From an uncultured Bacteroidales bacterium (lineage in GTDB: Bacteria; Bacteroidota; Bacteroidia; Bacteroidales; UBA932): 58,837 bases of DNA. This document shows, piece by piece, positions 40,410-49,850 of this stretch (its first letter is position 1; each line of letters opens with the position of its first letter). The position numbers were made by a program, and so were the translations under genes. The stretch is from assembly GCA_944326375.1 (NCBI GenBank), contig CALVDU010000129.1:1-58837 (forward strand), written 5' to 3'. A model generated the notes under the pieces. The model made no database searches and had not been told where the DNA came from. It saw only the letters and a program-made list of their open reading frames with translations.

Positions 40410-41747
40410 TCAGAGGTTTCTTACAGCCTCCTTGAACTGCCTGCCCCTGTCTTCATAGTTCTTGAAAAGGTCGAAACTTGCGCAGCACGGCGACAGGAGC
40501 ACCACGTCTCCTGCAACGGCGATTCCTGCGGCGGTTTTGACGGCGTCTTCTGCGGAAGTCACGTCGTGCATTTCCGGAACGACGCCCTCAAAGGCTGCAT
40601 GTATTTTCCTGTTGTCCACTCCGAGGCAGACTATCGCCTTGACCTTTTCCTTTGCCAGCGGCACGAGAGGGGAGTAGTCGTTCCCCTTGTCGGTACCTCC
40701 GACGATCCATACTACCGGGCGTGTCTGGCATTCGAGAGCGTACCAAGCCGCATCCACGTTGGTGGCTTTGGAGTCGTTGATGTAGAGGACATCCCCCACG
40801 CTGAGCACTTTCTCAAGCCTGTGTTCCACGGCACGGAACGATGCAAGGCTTTCCCTGATTACCTCGTTGTCGATGTTCATTACCTTGCCGGCAATCGCCG
40901 CAGCCATTGAGTTATAGACATTGTGCCTGCCGCCGAGGGCAAGGTCACGGATGAACATGTCGCATTCCGAGTCGTTGTATCTGACAATCATCCTGTCATC
41001 CTTGAGGAATGCGCCTTCGGCGACTTCCTTCTTTTGGCTGAACGGCAATTGTTTTGCCTTGACTATGATTTTATTGAGGTGGTTTATCGTAATTTCGTCG
41101 TCGGAGCAGAATATGAAGCAGTCGTCGCTGCTCATGTTGCGGGTTATGCGGAATTTCGCCCTGACATAGTTTTCGAGTTTGTGGTCATACCGGTCGAGGT
41201 GGTCTGGCGTTATGTTGGTGATGATTGCTATGTCCGCCTTGAAGTCGTACATGTTGTCGAGCTGGAAACTGCTGAGTTCCAGCACATATATGTCATAGTT
41301 TTCAGTTGCCACCTGCAGGGCGTAACTCTTGCCGATGTTGCCGCCCAGCCCGACATTCAGCCCGGCATTCTGCAGGAGGTAATATATCAGCGAGGTCGTG
41401 GTGGTCTTGCCGTTGCTTCCCGTGATGCAGATTTTCTTCGCCTTGTCGTATCTTCCGGCGAATTCGATTTCGGAAATGATGTTTATCCCTGCAGCGGCGA
41501 CCTTTTCCACCATAGGTGCGGCTGACGGTATTCCCGGGCTCTTTATCACTTCGTCAGCATTGAGTATCAGCGATTCCGTATGCTGACCCTGCTCGAAGGG
41601 TATTCCGTTGTCTTCGAGCATTTTGACGTATTTTTCGCTAATTGTGCCCTTGTCTGACAGGAACACGTCGAAACCTTTGACCTTTGCGAGAATGGCAGAG
41701 CCTACTCCGCTTTCTCCGCCTCCCAAAACTACAATCCTTTTCATCAT
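40410..41747 (-). CDS. murD: UDP-MurNAc-L-Ala--D-Glu ligase
   Basis: ITGSNGKTTT, ELSSFQL, DHLDRY, NDSKATN, LLSPCCASFD. Confidence 0.97.
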   Translation of the reverse strand: MMKRIVVLGGGESGVGSAILAKVKGFDVFLSDKGTISEKYVKMLEDNGIPFEQGQHTESLILNADEVIKSPGIPSAAPMVEKVAAAGINIISEIEFAGRYDKAKKICITGSNGKTTTTSLIYYLLQNAGLNVGLGGNIGKSYALQVATENYDIYVLELSSFQLDNMYDFKADIAIITNITPDHLDRYDHKLENYVRAKFRITRNMSSDDCFIFCSDDEITINHLNKIIVKAKQLPFSQKKEVAEGAFLKDDRMIVRYNDSECDMFIRDLALGGRHNVYNSMAAAIAGKVMNIDNEVIRESLASFRAVEHRLEKVLSVGDVLYINDSKATNVDAAWYALECQTRPVVWIVGGTDKGNDYSPLVPLAKEKVKAIVCLGVDNRKIHAAFEGVVPEMHDVTSAEDAVKTAAGIAVAGDVVLLSPCCASFDLFKNYEDRGRQFKEAVRNL

Positions 41748-43015
41748 TACCGTACTTTGAGCAGGGCTATCGTCGCCACTGCCAATATTATTTCCACAAT
41801 CCAGAACCTGACCACGATCTTGGCTTCCGGAAGTGCCCTTTTAGGGGCAGTTATGAGAGCGGGGATGCCCTCTTTCTGGAAGTGGTGGTGCAGAGGAGCC
41901 ATCTTGAAGATTCTCCTGCCTTCCCCGTACCGTTTTTTCGTGTATTTGAAATATGACCGCTGGAACACTACCGACAGAGCCTCCACCATAAAGACTCCGC
42001 ACAGGATTGGCAGCAGCAGTTCTTTCCTTATCAGAATTGCGCAGACCCCGATTATTCCGCCTATGGCAAGGCTGCCCGTATCTCCCATGAACACCTGCGC
42101 AGGGTAGGAATTGTGCCACAGGAAACCGACCAATGCCCCCGTGAACGCAGCCATGAAGACTGCTATTTCACCTGTTCCCGGTATGTACATTATGTTGAGG
42201 TATTGGGCGTTGATGATGTTTCCGGACAGGTAGGCAAATATGCCTAACACAACTACGACTATTGCCGAAGTCCCCGTCGTAAGTCCGTCCATCCCGTCCG
42301 TGAGGTTCGCCCCGTTGGAACATGCCGTAATCACGAACACAATCATCAGCACATAAATCGCCCATTTGCAGTACCAGCCTATTTTCCCGCTGAACGGAGA
42401 CAGCCATTTGTAGTCGAATTCATGGTTCTTGATGAACGGAATCGTTGTCTTTGTGCTTTTTACGGCATCGTATTGTTCTTCGCCCGTGTCGGAAATGTGC
42501 TTTGCAGTCTCTGCGACGGTTTCTCCTGCAGGGATTTTTTCCCTGACGGTAATCTGTCCGCTGAAGCAGACGGTAAGTCCCAGCCCGAAACCGAACAATA
42601 TCTGCGCTATGAGCTTGCCCCGTTCGCTCATGCCTTCCTTCTTGTGCTTGAACACTTTGATGCTGTCGTCTGCAAAGCCGATTCCGGCAAACCACAATGT
42701 GGTCACAATCAATATTATGGTATAGATGTTCGTCAGGTCGCAGAACAGCAGGACCGCCGTCAGGAGGGCTATGATTATGATGATTCCTCCCATTGTCGGC
42801 GTGCCTTTCTTCTGCATCTGCCCCTCCAGTCCAAGATCACGGATTTCCTCTCCTATCTGCTTCTTCTGCAGCCAGCGGATTATCCGTTTTCCGATTATGA
42901 GGGCTATCAGCAAAGCCGTGACGCTGGCGAGCATTGCCCGGAAACTGAGGTAGGTCATGAGCCCCTGTCCCGGGATGTCGTATTCTTTGAGCGCTTCGAA
43001 CAGATGATATATCAT
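41747..43015 (-). CDS. mraY: Phospho-MurNAc-pentapeptide transferase
   Basis: KKGTPTMGG, NLTDGMDGL, VFMGDTGS, MAPLHHHF. Confidence 0.97.
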   Translation of the reverse strand: MIYHLFEALKEYDIPGQGLMTYLSFRAMLASVTALLIALIIGKRIIRWLQKKQIGEEIRDLGLEGQMQKKGTPTMGGIIIIIALLTAVLLFCDLTNIYTIILIVTTLWFAGIGFADDSIKVFKHKKEGMSERGKLIAQILFGFGLGLTVCFSGQITVREKIPAGETVAETAKHISDTGEEQYDAVKSTKTTIPFIKNHEFDYKWLSPFSGKIGWYCKWAIYVLMIVFVITACSNGANLTDGMDGLTTGTSAIVVVVLGIFAYLSGNIINAQYLNIMYIPGTGEIAVFMAAFTGALVGFLWHNSYPAQVFMGDTGSLAIGGIIGVCAILIRKELLLPILCGVFMVEALSVVFQRSYFKYTKKRYGEGRRIFKMAPLHHHFQKEGIPALITAPKRALPEAKIVVRFWIVEIILAVATIALLKVR

Positions 43016-44505
43016 ATCTTCTTGTCTTCAATCAGGTTGTACATTTCGCCGAAGATTTCCGTCACTATTTCCTTTTCGTCGAAATGACGTTTCTCCTTTC
43101 CTATTATCTGGTATGTTTCATGCCCTTTTCCGGCAAGGAGCACGGTGGCCCCGTCGGCAGCGGTCATGAGGGCAGTCCTTATGGCTTCCTTGCGGTCTGC
43201 TATAAACAGGGATTTTGCCCTGCCTTTCAGGTCCATTCCGGCCTTTATGTCTTCCATTATGTCTTCCGTCCTCTCCGTGCGGCTGTTGTCGGAAGTCACG
43301 ATGATCCTGTCTGCAAAATTTTGGGCGACCGCAGCCATTTCGGGCCTCTTGGTCTTGTCCCTGTCTCCTCCGCATCCGAAGAGGCAGATGAGTTCCCGTT
43401 CCGGGGCAATGTCCCTCAGGGTCTTGAGCACGTTTTCGAGTGCGTCAGGAGTGTGGGCATAGTCTATTACTGCCGAAATGTCCCTCGGTCCGCGGATTGT
43501 TTCAAGCCTTCCCGGTGCCGAGCCGAGTGTGCTCAGGACTGTAAGGACTTCTTCCTTGTCTGCCCCGAGACAGAGGGCGGTGGTGTAGATTGCCGTGAGG
43601 TTGTAGGCATTGTGCTGTCCTATCAGCCTGCACCAGCATTCCCTGCCGTCGATTGACAGGAGCATCCCGTCGAAACTTTCCTCGACGATGCGGCATGTGT
43701 GGTCCGCAAGGCTTCTGCAGGAATATGTCACGACCTTTGCCGCCGTGTTCTGCACCATCACGAGACCGTTCCTGTCGTCGATGTTGGTGATTGCGTATGC
43801 GTCCGAAGGCAGGTTGTCGAAAAAGAGTTTCTTGCATCGCAGGTATTCTGCGAATGTGCCGTGGTAGTCGAGGTGGTCGTGGGTGAGGTTGGAGAAGATT
43901 CCTGCGCAGAATTTCAGTCCTGCGACACGCTCCTGCTCGATGCCTATTGAACTGACTTCCATGAAGCAGTAAGTGCATCCCGCATCGACCATTTCGGCAA
44001 GGAGAGAGTTTATCGTGAGCGGGTCGGAAGTGGTGTTCACGGCTTCGCTGCACCTTTCGCCGACATAATTCGCAATCGTTGACAGGAGTCCGCATCCGTA
44101 GCCGAGGGATGTGAACATGCGGTAGAGGAGGGTGACGGTTGTCGTCTTTCCGTTCGTGCCGGTGATTCCGACCAGTTTGAGCTTGCGGGATGGATTGTCG
44201 TAGAAGTTGGCTGCGATTATGGCGAGGGCATGCCTTGAAGAGTTCACTTTCACGTATGTCGTGCCCTCACGGAAGCCTCCGGCCGCAAGCGCAGCTTCTT
44301 CCGAGTCATATACGATTGCTGCAGCACCGTTGTCTGCCGCCTGTCCCATATATGCGTGCCCGTCCGAAGCGAATCCCTTGACTGCAACGAACAGGCAGCC
44401 GGGAGCGGCTTTCCTCGAGTCGCTGCAGATGCCTGATATTTCAATGTCCGTGTTTCCTTTTACGGAAACGGTTCCGGAATCTTTCAACAGTTTTTCTAAA
44501 GTCAT
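43012..44505 (-). CDS. murE: UDP-MurNAc-dipeptide--diamino acid (meso-DAP) ligase
   Basis: GITGTNGKTT, MEVSS, DHLDYH, DYAHTPDAL, GCGGDRD, DNSR, AGKGHETYQ. Confidence 0.95.
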   Translation of the reverse strand: MTLEKLLKDSGTVSVKGNTDIEISGICSDSRKAAPGCLFVAVKGFASDGHAYMGQAADNGAAAIVYDSEEAALAAGGFREGTTYVKVNSSRHALAIIAANFYDNPSRKLKLVGITGTNGKTTTVTLLYRMFTSLGYGCGLLSTIANYVGERCSEAVNTTSDPLTINSLLAEMVDAGCTYCFMEVSSIGIEQERVAGLKFCAGIFSNLTHDHLDYHGTFAEYLRCKKLFFDNLPSDAYAITNIDDRNGLVMVQNTAAKVVTYSCRSLADHTCRIVEESFDGMLLSIDGRECWCRLIGQHNAYNLTAIYTTALCLGADKEEVLTVLSTLGSAPGRLETIRGPRDISAVIDYAHTPDALENVLKTLRDIAPERELICLFGCGGDRDKTKRPEMAAVAQNFADRIIVTSDNSRTERTEDIMEDIKAGMDLKGRAKSLFIADRKEAIRTALMTAADGATVLLAGKGHETYQIIGKEKRHFDEKEIVTEIFGEMYNLIEDKKI

Positions 44506-44544
44506 AATGATATCATGTCTTGTGTTCCCGCTTGCAGGGAAACT

Positions 44545-46677
44545 CTATTTCAATGTAAAATGCACGGTAGTTCCTTTTTTTGCGGAAGTGCCTGCTGCCG
44601 GGCTCTGGCGGACCACATGCCCTGTACCCTCGTACGAACATCTGTATCCGCAGTTTTCGACTGAGTACATGGCGTCTTTCAGCCCCATTCCCTTTATGTC
44701 GGGGACTTTGTCAAGCTCGTCCGCTCCCGTCTCTATTTTCGTTATCGCCATGTCCGGGACGCTGCCCTTGCTCTTGAGTTTTTCGCTCCAGCCTCCTGAC
44801 AGCGTGTATATGCTGTTTACTATTTCCCTGAACACGTCCGCAGGGATGCTGCCGCCGTAGAAGTCTGCAGTCGAAAGTTTGGAATAGACAACGACCATTA
44901 CCGTGTATCTTGGCTCGTCAGCGGGGAAAAAGCCCACGAATGAGCCCTGATGCCTTTTCTGCCCCTTGTCATCCTGGTATGCGGTGAATTGTTTCCCGTT
45001 GTGTTCGTATGTGACGAGCATCCTTGCCGTTCCGGTCTTTCCTGCCACGGGGCATTTTGCAGACTTTACGCGTTTTGCCGTCCCTTCGAGGACCACGTCC
45101 TTGAGCACGTCCGTTATCGAGTCAATCGTGGCTTCAGAGCAGATTGAGCCGTTGAGCACGGTTGGCTTGATGCGTTCCACGACCTTCCCGTCCTTTTCTA
45201 TGGATTCCACAAGGTACGGCTTCATGAGTTTGCCCCTGTTGGCTATGCCGTTGTAGAACATTGCGATGTGCAGCGGGGTTTCCTTGATGCTGTAGCCGTA
45301 GGCGATTGTGGGGAGGGTGGTACCGCTCCAGTTGACAGAGCCGGGAAGCGGGATTTCGGGGGTTGCAAGGCCTTTCACGTCGAAATCGAATGCCTCTCCC
45401 AGTTTGTATTCGTACAATTTGTTGACGAATCTCTCCGGTGCGTCGTCGTAGTTTTCGCAGACAAGGTATCTGAAGACCTGGTTGGAGGAAATCTTCATTC
45501 CGTCCCTGACGGAAATCTTGTCCGATTCCCAACGCCTCAGGTATGGGTCAGCAGGCATCTTCTCGCCTTTGTAGGACCATATTCCCCTGAATGTCGGCAC
45601 TTCTGTCGAGAGTTCCGCCTTTCCGTCGTCGAGCAGGGCCATGAGAGTTGCCGTCTTGAACACGGAGCCAGGTGCCTCTGCACGTCCTACGGCATAGTTG
45701 AAGCGTTCGCGGGCCTTCTTGTCCTTGTCCATTGTCAGGTTGACCATTGCCCGGATAGCCCCGGTCTTGACATCCATGACTATGGCGCATCCGCCTTCTA
45801 TCTTGTCAACTATTTTTTCGTTGCCTTCCAGCCCTTTTTTAAGAGCCTTTTCTGCAATGTCCTGAATTTCGATGTTGAGCGTTGTCCTGACATCCTTCCC
45901 GTCCTCGACCTTGACGAATGTGCTGTCGTAGTTGCGGATGTATTCATAGTTGTCGGTCTTTTTGAGCCATTCATAGCCCTCGGTACCGTGCAGGGCATAG
46001 TCATACTTGCCTTCTATGCCCACGTCGTCGTTGTTCGGGTTGTTGTCGTCGAGATTGCCGAGTATGCGCTTTGCCAATGACCCGTAAGGGTATATCCTCT
46101 TTTCATATTTTTCTATGATAATTCCTCCCTTGTATTTGCCTTCTTCAAAGAGGGGCAGGCTGCTGATTTCGAGCATCTGTTCATGGTTCACGAGTCCGCC
46201 GATCCTGACATATCTGCGGTTGCTGCGGCGTCCTTCGGCTATCATCCTGTAGTACTCGCCGGCACTTTTGTCTTTGTAGATTGCCGAAAGGCCTTTGGAG
46301 AGGTCCTTCGCTTTCTGCAGCCACTCCGCTTCCGCCTCTTCTCCCTTTTCCCGGTTCTTCATCTTGAGGAATTCCGCTTTCCTGACCGTGCAGTCGATTG
46401 CTATCTGGTACATCGGGACGGAGGCGGCGAGAATCTTTCCGTCGGCCGTGAGGATCGCTCCCCGTTCAGGCTCGATGATTTCTTTCCGGTTTTGCGGCGT
46501 GAATTCCCGGATGAATGCCTCGTCAGGCTTGTAGAATACCTGAATGTAGATTATCCGTCCGATTATGATTACGGCTGCAAGCAGGAAGAAAAGGTATATG
46601 ACGAACAGAACCGTTCCGATTCCGTCGTTCTTTTTCCCGCCAGTATTTTCGTTGCCGTTGTCTGTCATCGCCGTCAT
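44545..46677 (-). CDS. ftsI: Division transpeptidase PBP3 with C-terminal PASTA domain
   Basis: PGSVFK (SxxK), SSN, KTGT; VPDIKGM PASTA motif. Confidence 0.92.
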   Translation of the reverse strand: MTAMTDNGNENTGGKKNDGIGTVLFVIYLFFLLAAVIIIGRIIYIQVFYKPDEAFIREFTPQNRKEIIEPERGAILTADGKILAASVPMYQIAIDCTVRKAEFLKMKNREKGEEAEAEWLQKAKDLSKGLSAIYKDKSAGEYYRMIAEGRRSNRRYVRIGGLVNHEQMLEISSLPLFEEGKYKGGIIIEKYEKRIYPYGSLAKRILGNLDDNNPNNDDVGIEGKYDYALHGTEGYEWLKKTDNYEYIRNYDSTFVKVEDGKDVRTTLNIEIQDIAEKALKKGLEGNEKIVDKIEGGCAIVMDVKTGAIRAMVNLTMDKDKKARERFNYAVGRAEAPGSVFKTATLMALLDDGKAELSTEVPTFRGIWSYKGEKMPADPYLRRWESDKISVRDGMKISSNQVFRYLVCENYDDAPERFVNKLYEYKLGEAFDFDVKGLATPEIPLPGSVNWSGTTLPTIAYGYSIKETPLHIAMFYNGIANRGKLMKPYLVESIEKDGKVVERIKPTVLNGSICSEATIDSITDVLKDVVLEGTAKRVKSAKCPVAGKTGTARMLVTYEHNGKQFTAYQDDKGQKRHQGSFVGFFPADEPRYTVMVVVYSKLSTADFYGGSIPADVFREIVNSIYTLSGGWSEKLKSKGSVPDMAITKIETGADELDKVPDIKGMGLKDAMYSVENCGYRCSYEGTGHVVRQSPAAGTSAKKGTTVHFTLK

Positions 46678-47015
46678 TTCTTCAGTGTGATTGCCGGATT
46701 TTCCGGTATGCCGAGTTCAGAGCCGGAGGCTTCGAGAAGCTCCTGCACGGAACCCAGTTTCCCGAGTCCGATCAGTTCCGAACTCTTGTGCGTAAGGTAT
46801 ATCTTCAGGTCATAGATGGTTTCCTTGTTCTGTTCCGCCTGTACCATCGTCTTCTCTATCATGAGGTTGACTGCGAGCACCACGCAGATCAGGAAGAAGA
46901 AATAGATGATGTGCGGGAAGAATTTGTCGCATTTCAGAGTGAAAAGGAATTCTCCCCGGGCAATCGCCTTCATTATGGTCCCGAAATTATTTCCTGTATT
47001 CTGCCTTTCCGTCAT
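46674..47015 (-). CDS. ftsL: FtsL-like cell division protein
   Basis: Short single-TM protein with coiled-coil-like segment, between rsmH and ftsI. Confidence 0.75.
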   Translation of the reverse strand: MTERQNTGNNFGTIMKAIARGEFLFTLKCDKFFPHIIYFFFLICVVLAVNLMIEKTMVQAEQNKETIYDLKIYLTHKSSELIGLGKLGSVQELLEASGSELGIPENPAITLKK

Positions 47016-47929
47016 ATTGCCGCCTCCGTTTTTTCCGCCACTCTCAGTTTTGCGCTTCGTGCCCTCGTGTTGGAGGCGATCTCTTCTTCCCGGGGAAGGA
47101 CAGGTTTTCTGTTTATTGCCCTGAAAGGCACTTCAGCGTTGCCGTACATGTCTTTTTTTATGGTTCCCTCCACATTCCCTGACCTTATGAAGTTCTTTAC
47201 CATACGGTCTTCAAGGGAGTGGTATGTGATGACGGCAAGTCTTCCGCCCGGTTTGAGAGAGGCAGCGGCCCCTTCAAGGAATTTTTCGAGTGAGCGCATT
47301 TCCTGGTTCACCTCTATCCTGAGTGCCTGGTATATCTTTGCAAGATACTTGTGTGCGGCAAATGAAGGTGTTATGCTTTCTATCGCCTTGTCAAGTTCTC
47401 CCGTGGTATTTATTCGGGATGATGACCTTGCCGAGCAGATGAGAGCGGCGACTTTCCGGCTGTTGTCCACTTCACCGTAGACGCGGAAAATCTTTTCGAG
47501 AGCCTCTTCCTCGTATCCGTTCACCACGTCTGCCGCCGTGAGTTCGGCATCAGGGTTCATCCTCATGTCCAGAGGTGCTTCATACCTGAACGAGAAACCC
47601 CTTTCCGGGGTGTCGAACTGATGGGATGAAACTCCGAGATCGGCGAGGATGCCGTCGATTCCTCCGGTATGGCCTTCGAAGAGTATGTAGTTGTGTATGA
47701 ACCTGAAATTGTTGCGTATGAGTGTCAGACGGCTGTCGTCTATCCTGTTTGCGGCTGCGTCCGGGTCGCGGTCGAATGCGATGACCTTGCCTTTGTCGTC
47801 GAGCCTGGACAATATTTCGGCCGTGTGCCCTCCTCCTCCGTATGTTGCATCTGCGTATATTCCGGACCTGTCGGTAATGAGGGCGGAAATGCTTTCGTTC
47901 AGCAGAACTGGTGTATGGTATTCAGACAT
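47012..47929 (-). CDS. rsmH: 16S rRNA m4C1402 methyltransferase
   Basis: HTPVLL, DATYGGGGH, DLGVSSHQFD, QALRIEVN, YHSLEDR, RARSAKLR. Confidence 0.96.
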   Translation of the reverse strand: MSEYHTPVLLNESISALITDRSGIYADATYGGGGHTAEILSRLDDKGKVIAFDRDPDAAANRIDDSRLTLIRNNFRFIHNYILFEGHTGGIDGILADLGVSSHQFDTPERGFSFRYEAPLDMRMNPDAELTAADVVNGYEEEALEKIFRVYGEVDNSRKVAALICSARSSSRINTTGELDKAIESITPSFAAHKYLAKIYQALRIEVNQEMRSLEKFLEGAAASLKPGGRLAVITYHSLEDRMVKNFIRSGNVEGTIKKDMYGNAEVPFRAINRKPVLPREEEIASNTRARSAKLRVAEKTEAAI

Positions 47930-47940
47930 CGCATCCCCTC

Positions 47941-48393
47941 CTATCCTATTTCTGAAATTATGTCTGCGAGTGCCGAGAAGTCTTCGCCGGGAATCGAACT
48001 TGTGGCATATTTTTCTTTTGCCCATATTTCGATTTTGTGGTCGTTCCCTGCGAATACCACTTCCTTGTTTACGCCTATGGATTCAAGGAGCTGCCTGGGT
48101 ATGGTGATGCGGCCGATTTTTGAGTCCGGCTCCACCATTGCTCTGTTCCTCATGTATTCTCTCCAGAATTCGGCGTGTTTCCTGTTGAAGAAATTGAGTT
48201 TGGACTTTACTTCTTCGGACTGTCTTGTCCATTCCGTATAGGTGTACATTTCGAGGCAGTCCACGAAAATGTCCTTCTTCAGGACGAATTTCATGTCCTC
48301 ATAAGCGGGCATGACGCTCTTGAACGCGGCCGGAAGCACCACCCGTCCCTTGTCGTCAAGTTTGCCTGTATATTCGCCGATGAATTTGACCAT
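47941..48393 (-). CDS. mraZ: Transcriptional regulator MraZ
   Basis: FIGEYTGKLDDKGRVVLP, GRITIP, IEIW. Confidence 0.93.
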   Translation of the reverse strand: MVKFIGEYTGKLDDKGRVVLPAAFKSVMPAYEDMKFVLKKDIFVDCLEMYTYTEWTRQSEEVKSKLNFFNRKHAEFWREYMRNRAMVEPDSKIGRITIPRQLLESIGVNKEVVFAGNDHKIEIWAKEKYATSSIPGEDFSALADIISEIG

Positions 48394-48416
48394 TTCGTCC
48401 TCTTTTGCTTTTGCCG

Positions 48417-48424
48417 CAAAAGTA
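48417..48424 (-). promoter_or_regulatory. -7 element of the dcw operon promoter
   Basis: CAAAAGTA on + is TACTTTTG on -, just upstream of the mraZ ATG. Confidence 0.7.
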
Positions 48425-48433
48425 AGAATTTTT

Positions 48434-48481
48434 TTCCACTTTATTCCATAATTTTCCAAATTTTTCCACAAATTGCTCCAC
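48434..48481 (-). repeat. Phased TGGAA direct repeats (putative MraZ boxes)
   Basis: TTCCA on + at 48434, 48444, 48454, 48464 (exact 10-nt period) plus CTCCAC at 48476. Confidence 0.75.
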
Positions 48482-48524
48482 GGCTGTCCTGCGCATCGAT
48501 TTTTTGTATAAATTCGCAACCGTT

Positions 48525-49796
48525 ATGAAATTAGGTAGATTAATCTTGCTTGTCTCCGCAGGGATTCTGCCGCTGTTGTGCGGATGCGGAGGCTCTTCTG
48601 ACGGGAATTCCTCCGCAGAAGTCTTGGAAGTTGTCCGGACAGAGCCGTCTGCCGGGGCGGACAGTGTGGCGGCAGTTTCTTTCGACGGACTCAGGGAGGT
48701 CAAGGGTAAAGTAAGGAACGGGGAGTTCTTTTCCGGAATGCTCATGCGTCTCGGAATGTCTGCGGCAGATGCATACGGTTTGTCCGAAGCCTGCGATTCC
48801 GTATTCGATGTGAAGACATTGCGGGCAGGAAATGCTTTCAGGGCATATTATTCGGATTCGGACAGCCTGCAGTATATCGTGTATGACAAGGACAATGTGC
48901 GCAGCGTGGTTTTCAGGTGTTTCAGGCCGTTCGGGGCATCAGAGGCGGCAAAACCGGTGACCGTTGAGCGGAAGTATGCCGATGTGACCATAAATTCTTC
49001 CTTGTGGAATGACATGCTTGCTGCGGACGTGTCCCCGCTTCTTGTGCTCAATCTGTCGGACATCTATGCCTGGACAGTGGATTTCTTCGGTCTGCAGAAA
49101 GGTGACCGGTTCAGGGTTTTCTATGATGAGAAGACCTGCGACGGCAAGGTAGTGGCCATAGATACAGTAAGGTATGCCGTCTTTACTCATGGCGGAGAGG
49201 ATTACCCGGCCGTAATGTTCGACCAGAAGGACGGGGGCAACATCTATTGGAACACGTCGGGCGAAAGCATGAGGAAGGCCTTTCTAAAAGCCCCGCTCAA
49301 ATATTCCAGAATCAGTTCAGGATTCACATACGCCCGCAGGCACCCGATCACAAGACGTGTGCAGCCGCATACTGGTGTCGACTATGCCGCTCCTGCCGGC
49401 ACTCCTGTAATGACGATAGGGGACGGTACGGTCACGAGCATGAAAAATGAGGGAGCCGGAGGGAATGTCGTGAGAATCAGGCATAATTCCGTATATTCCA
49501 CTGCTTATCTTCATCTGTCGAAATATGCGTCAGGTCTGCGTCCCGGCCAAAGGGTAAGACAGGGTGACGTAATCGGCTATGTCGGGTCCACCGGGCGGAG
49601 TACCGGACCGCATCTCGATTTCCGTGTCTGGAAGAACGGCAGTCCGATAAATCCGCTGAAAATGGAGTCGCCTCCTGCAGAACCGTTGAAGCAGGAGTTC
49701 AGGGACAGTTTCCGGCAGACCGTGGAGGATTATTCTTCCCGGCTGAATTATATGGCTGCGGAGGGTGTGATAGAGGAGTTGTTTGACGCCATCTGA
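48525..49796 (+). CDS. M23 family peptidoglycan DD-endopeptidase (MepM/Csd3-like)
   Basis: HTGVDYAAP (HxxxD), YLHLS, STGPHLDF; N-terminal signal with possible lipobox; TAAATTCG promoter-like element at 48509. Confidence 0.9.
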   Translation: MKLGRLILLVSAGILPLLCGCGGSSDGNSSAEVLEVVRTEPSAGADSVAAVSFDGLREVKGKVRNGEFFSGMLMRLGMSAADAYGLSEACDSVFDVKTLRAGNAFRAYYSDSDSLQYIVYDKDNVRSVVFRCFRPFGASEAAKPVTVERKYADVTINSSLWNDMLAADVSPLLVLNLSDIYAWTVDFFGLQKGDRFRVFYDEKTCDGKVVAIDTVRYAVFTHGGEDYPAVMFDQKDGGNIYWNTSGESMRKAFLKAPLKYSRISSGFTYARRHPITRRVQPHTGVDYAAPAGTPVMTIGDGTVTSMKNEGAGGNVVRIRHNSVYSTAYLHLSKYASGLRPGQRVRQGDVIGYVGSTGRSTGPHLDFRVWKNGSPINPLKMESPPAEPLKQEFRDSFRQTVEDYSSRLNYMAAEGVIEELFDAI

Positions 49797-49850
49797 TTCC
49801 GGGGCATGATAGCAGACAAGCCTGCGGCGTACGGTAGGGGGACGACGACG

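Noticed and set aside
32967-48393. Absence of murF and ddl from the dcw cluster
   Set aside because: Usual for Bacteroidota dcw clusters
48434-48481. Short periodic repeats as a CRISPR array or microsatellite
   Set aside because: 5-nt units with 5-nt spacers are better explained as MraZ boxes; no cas genes
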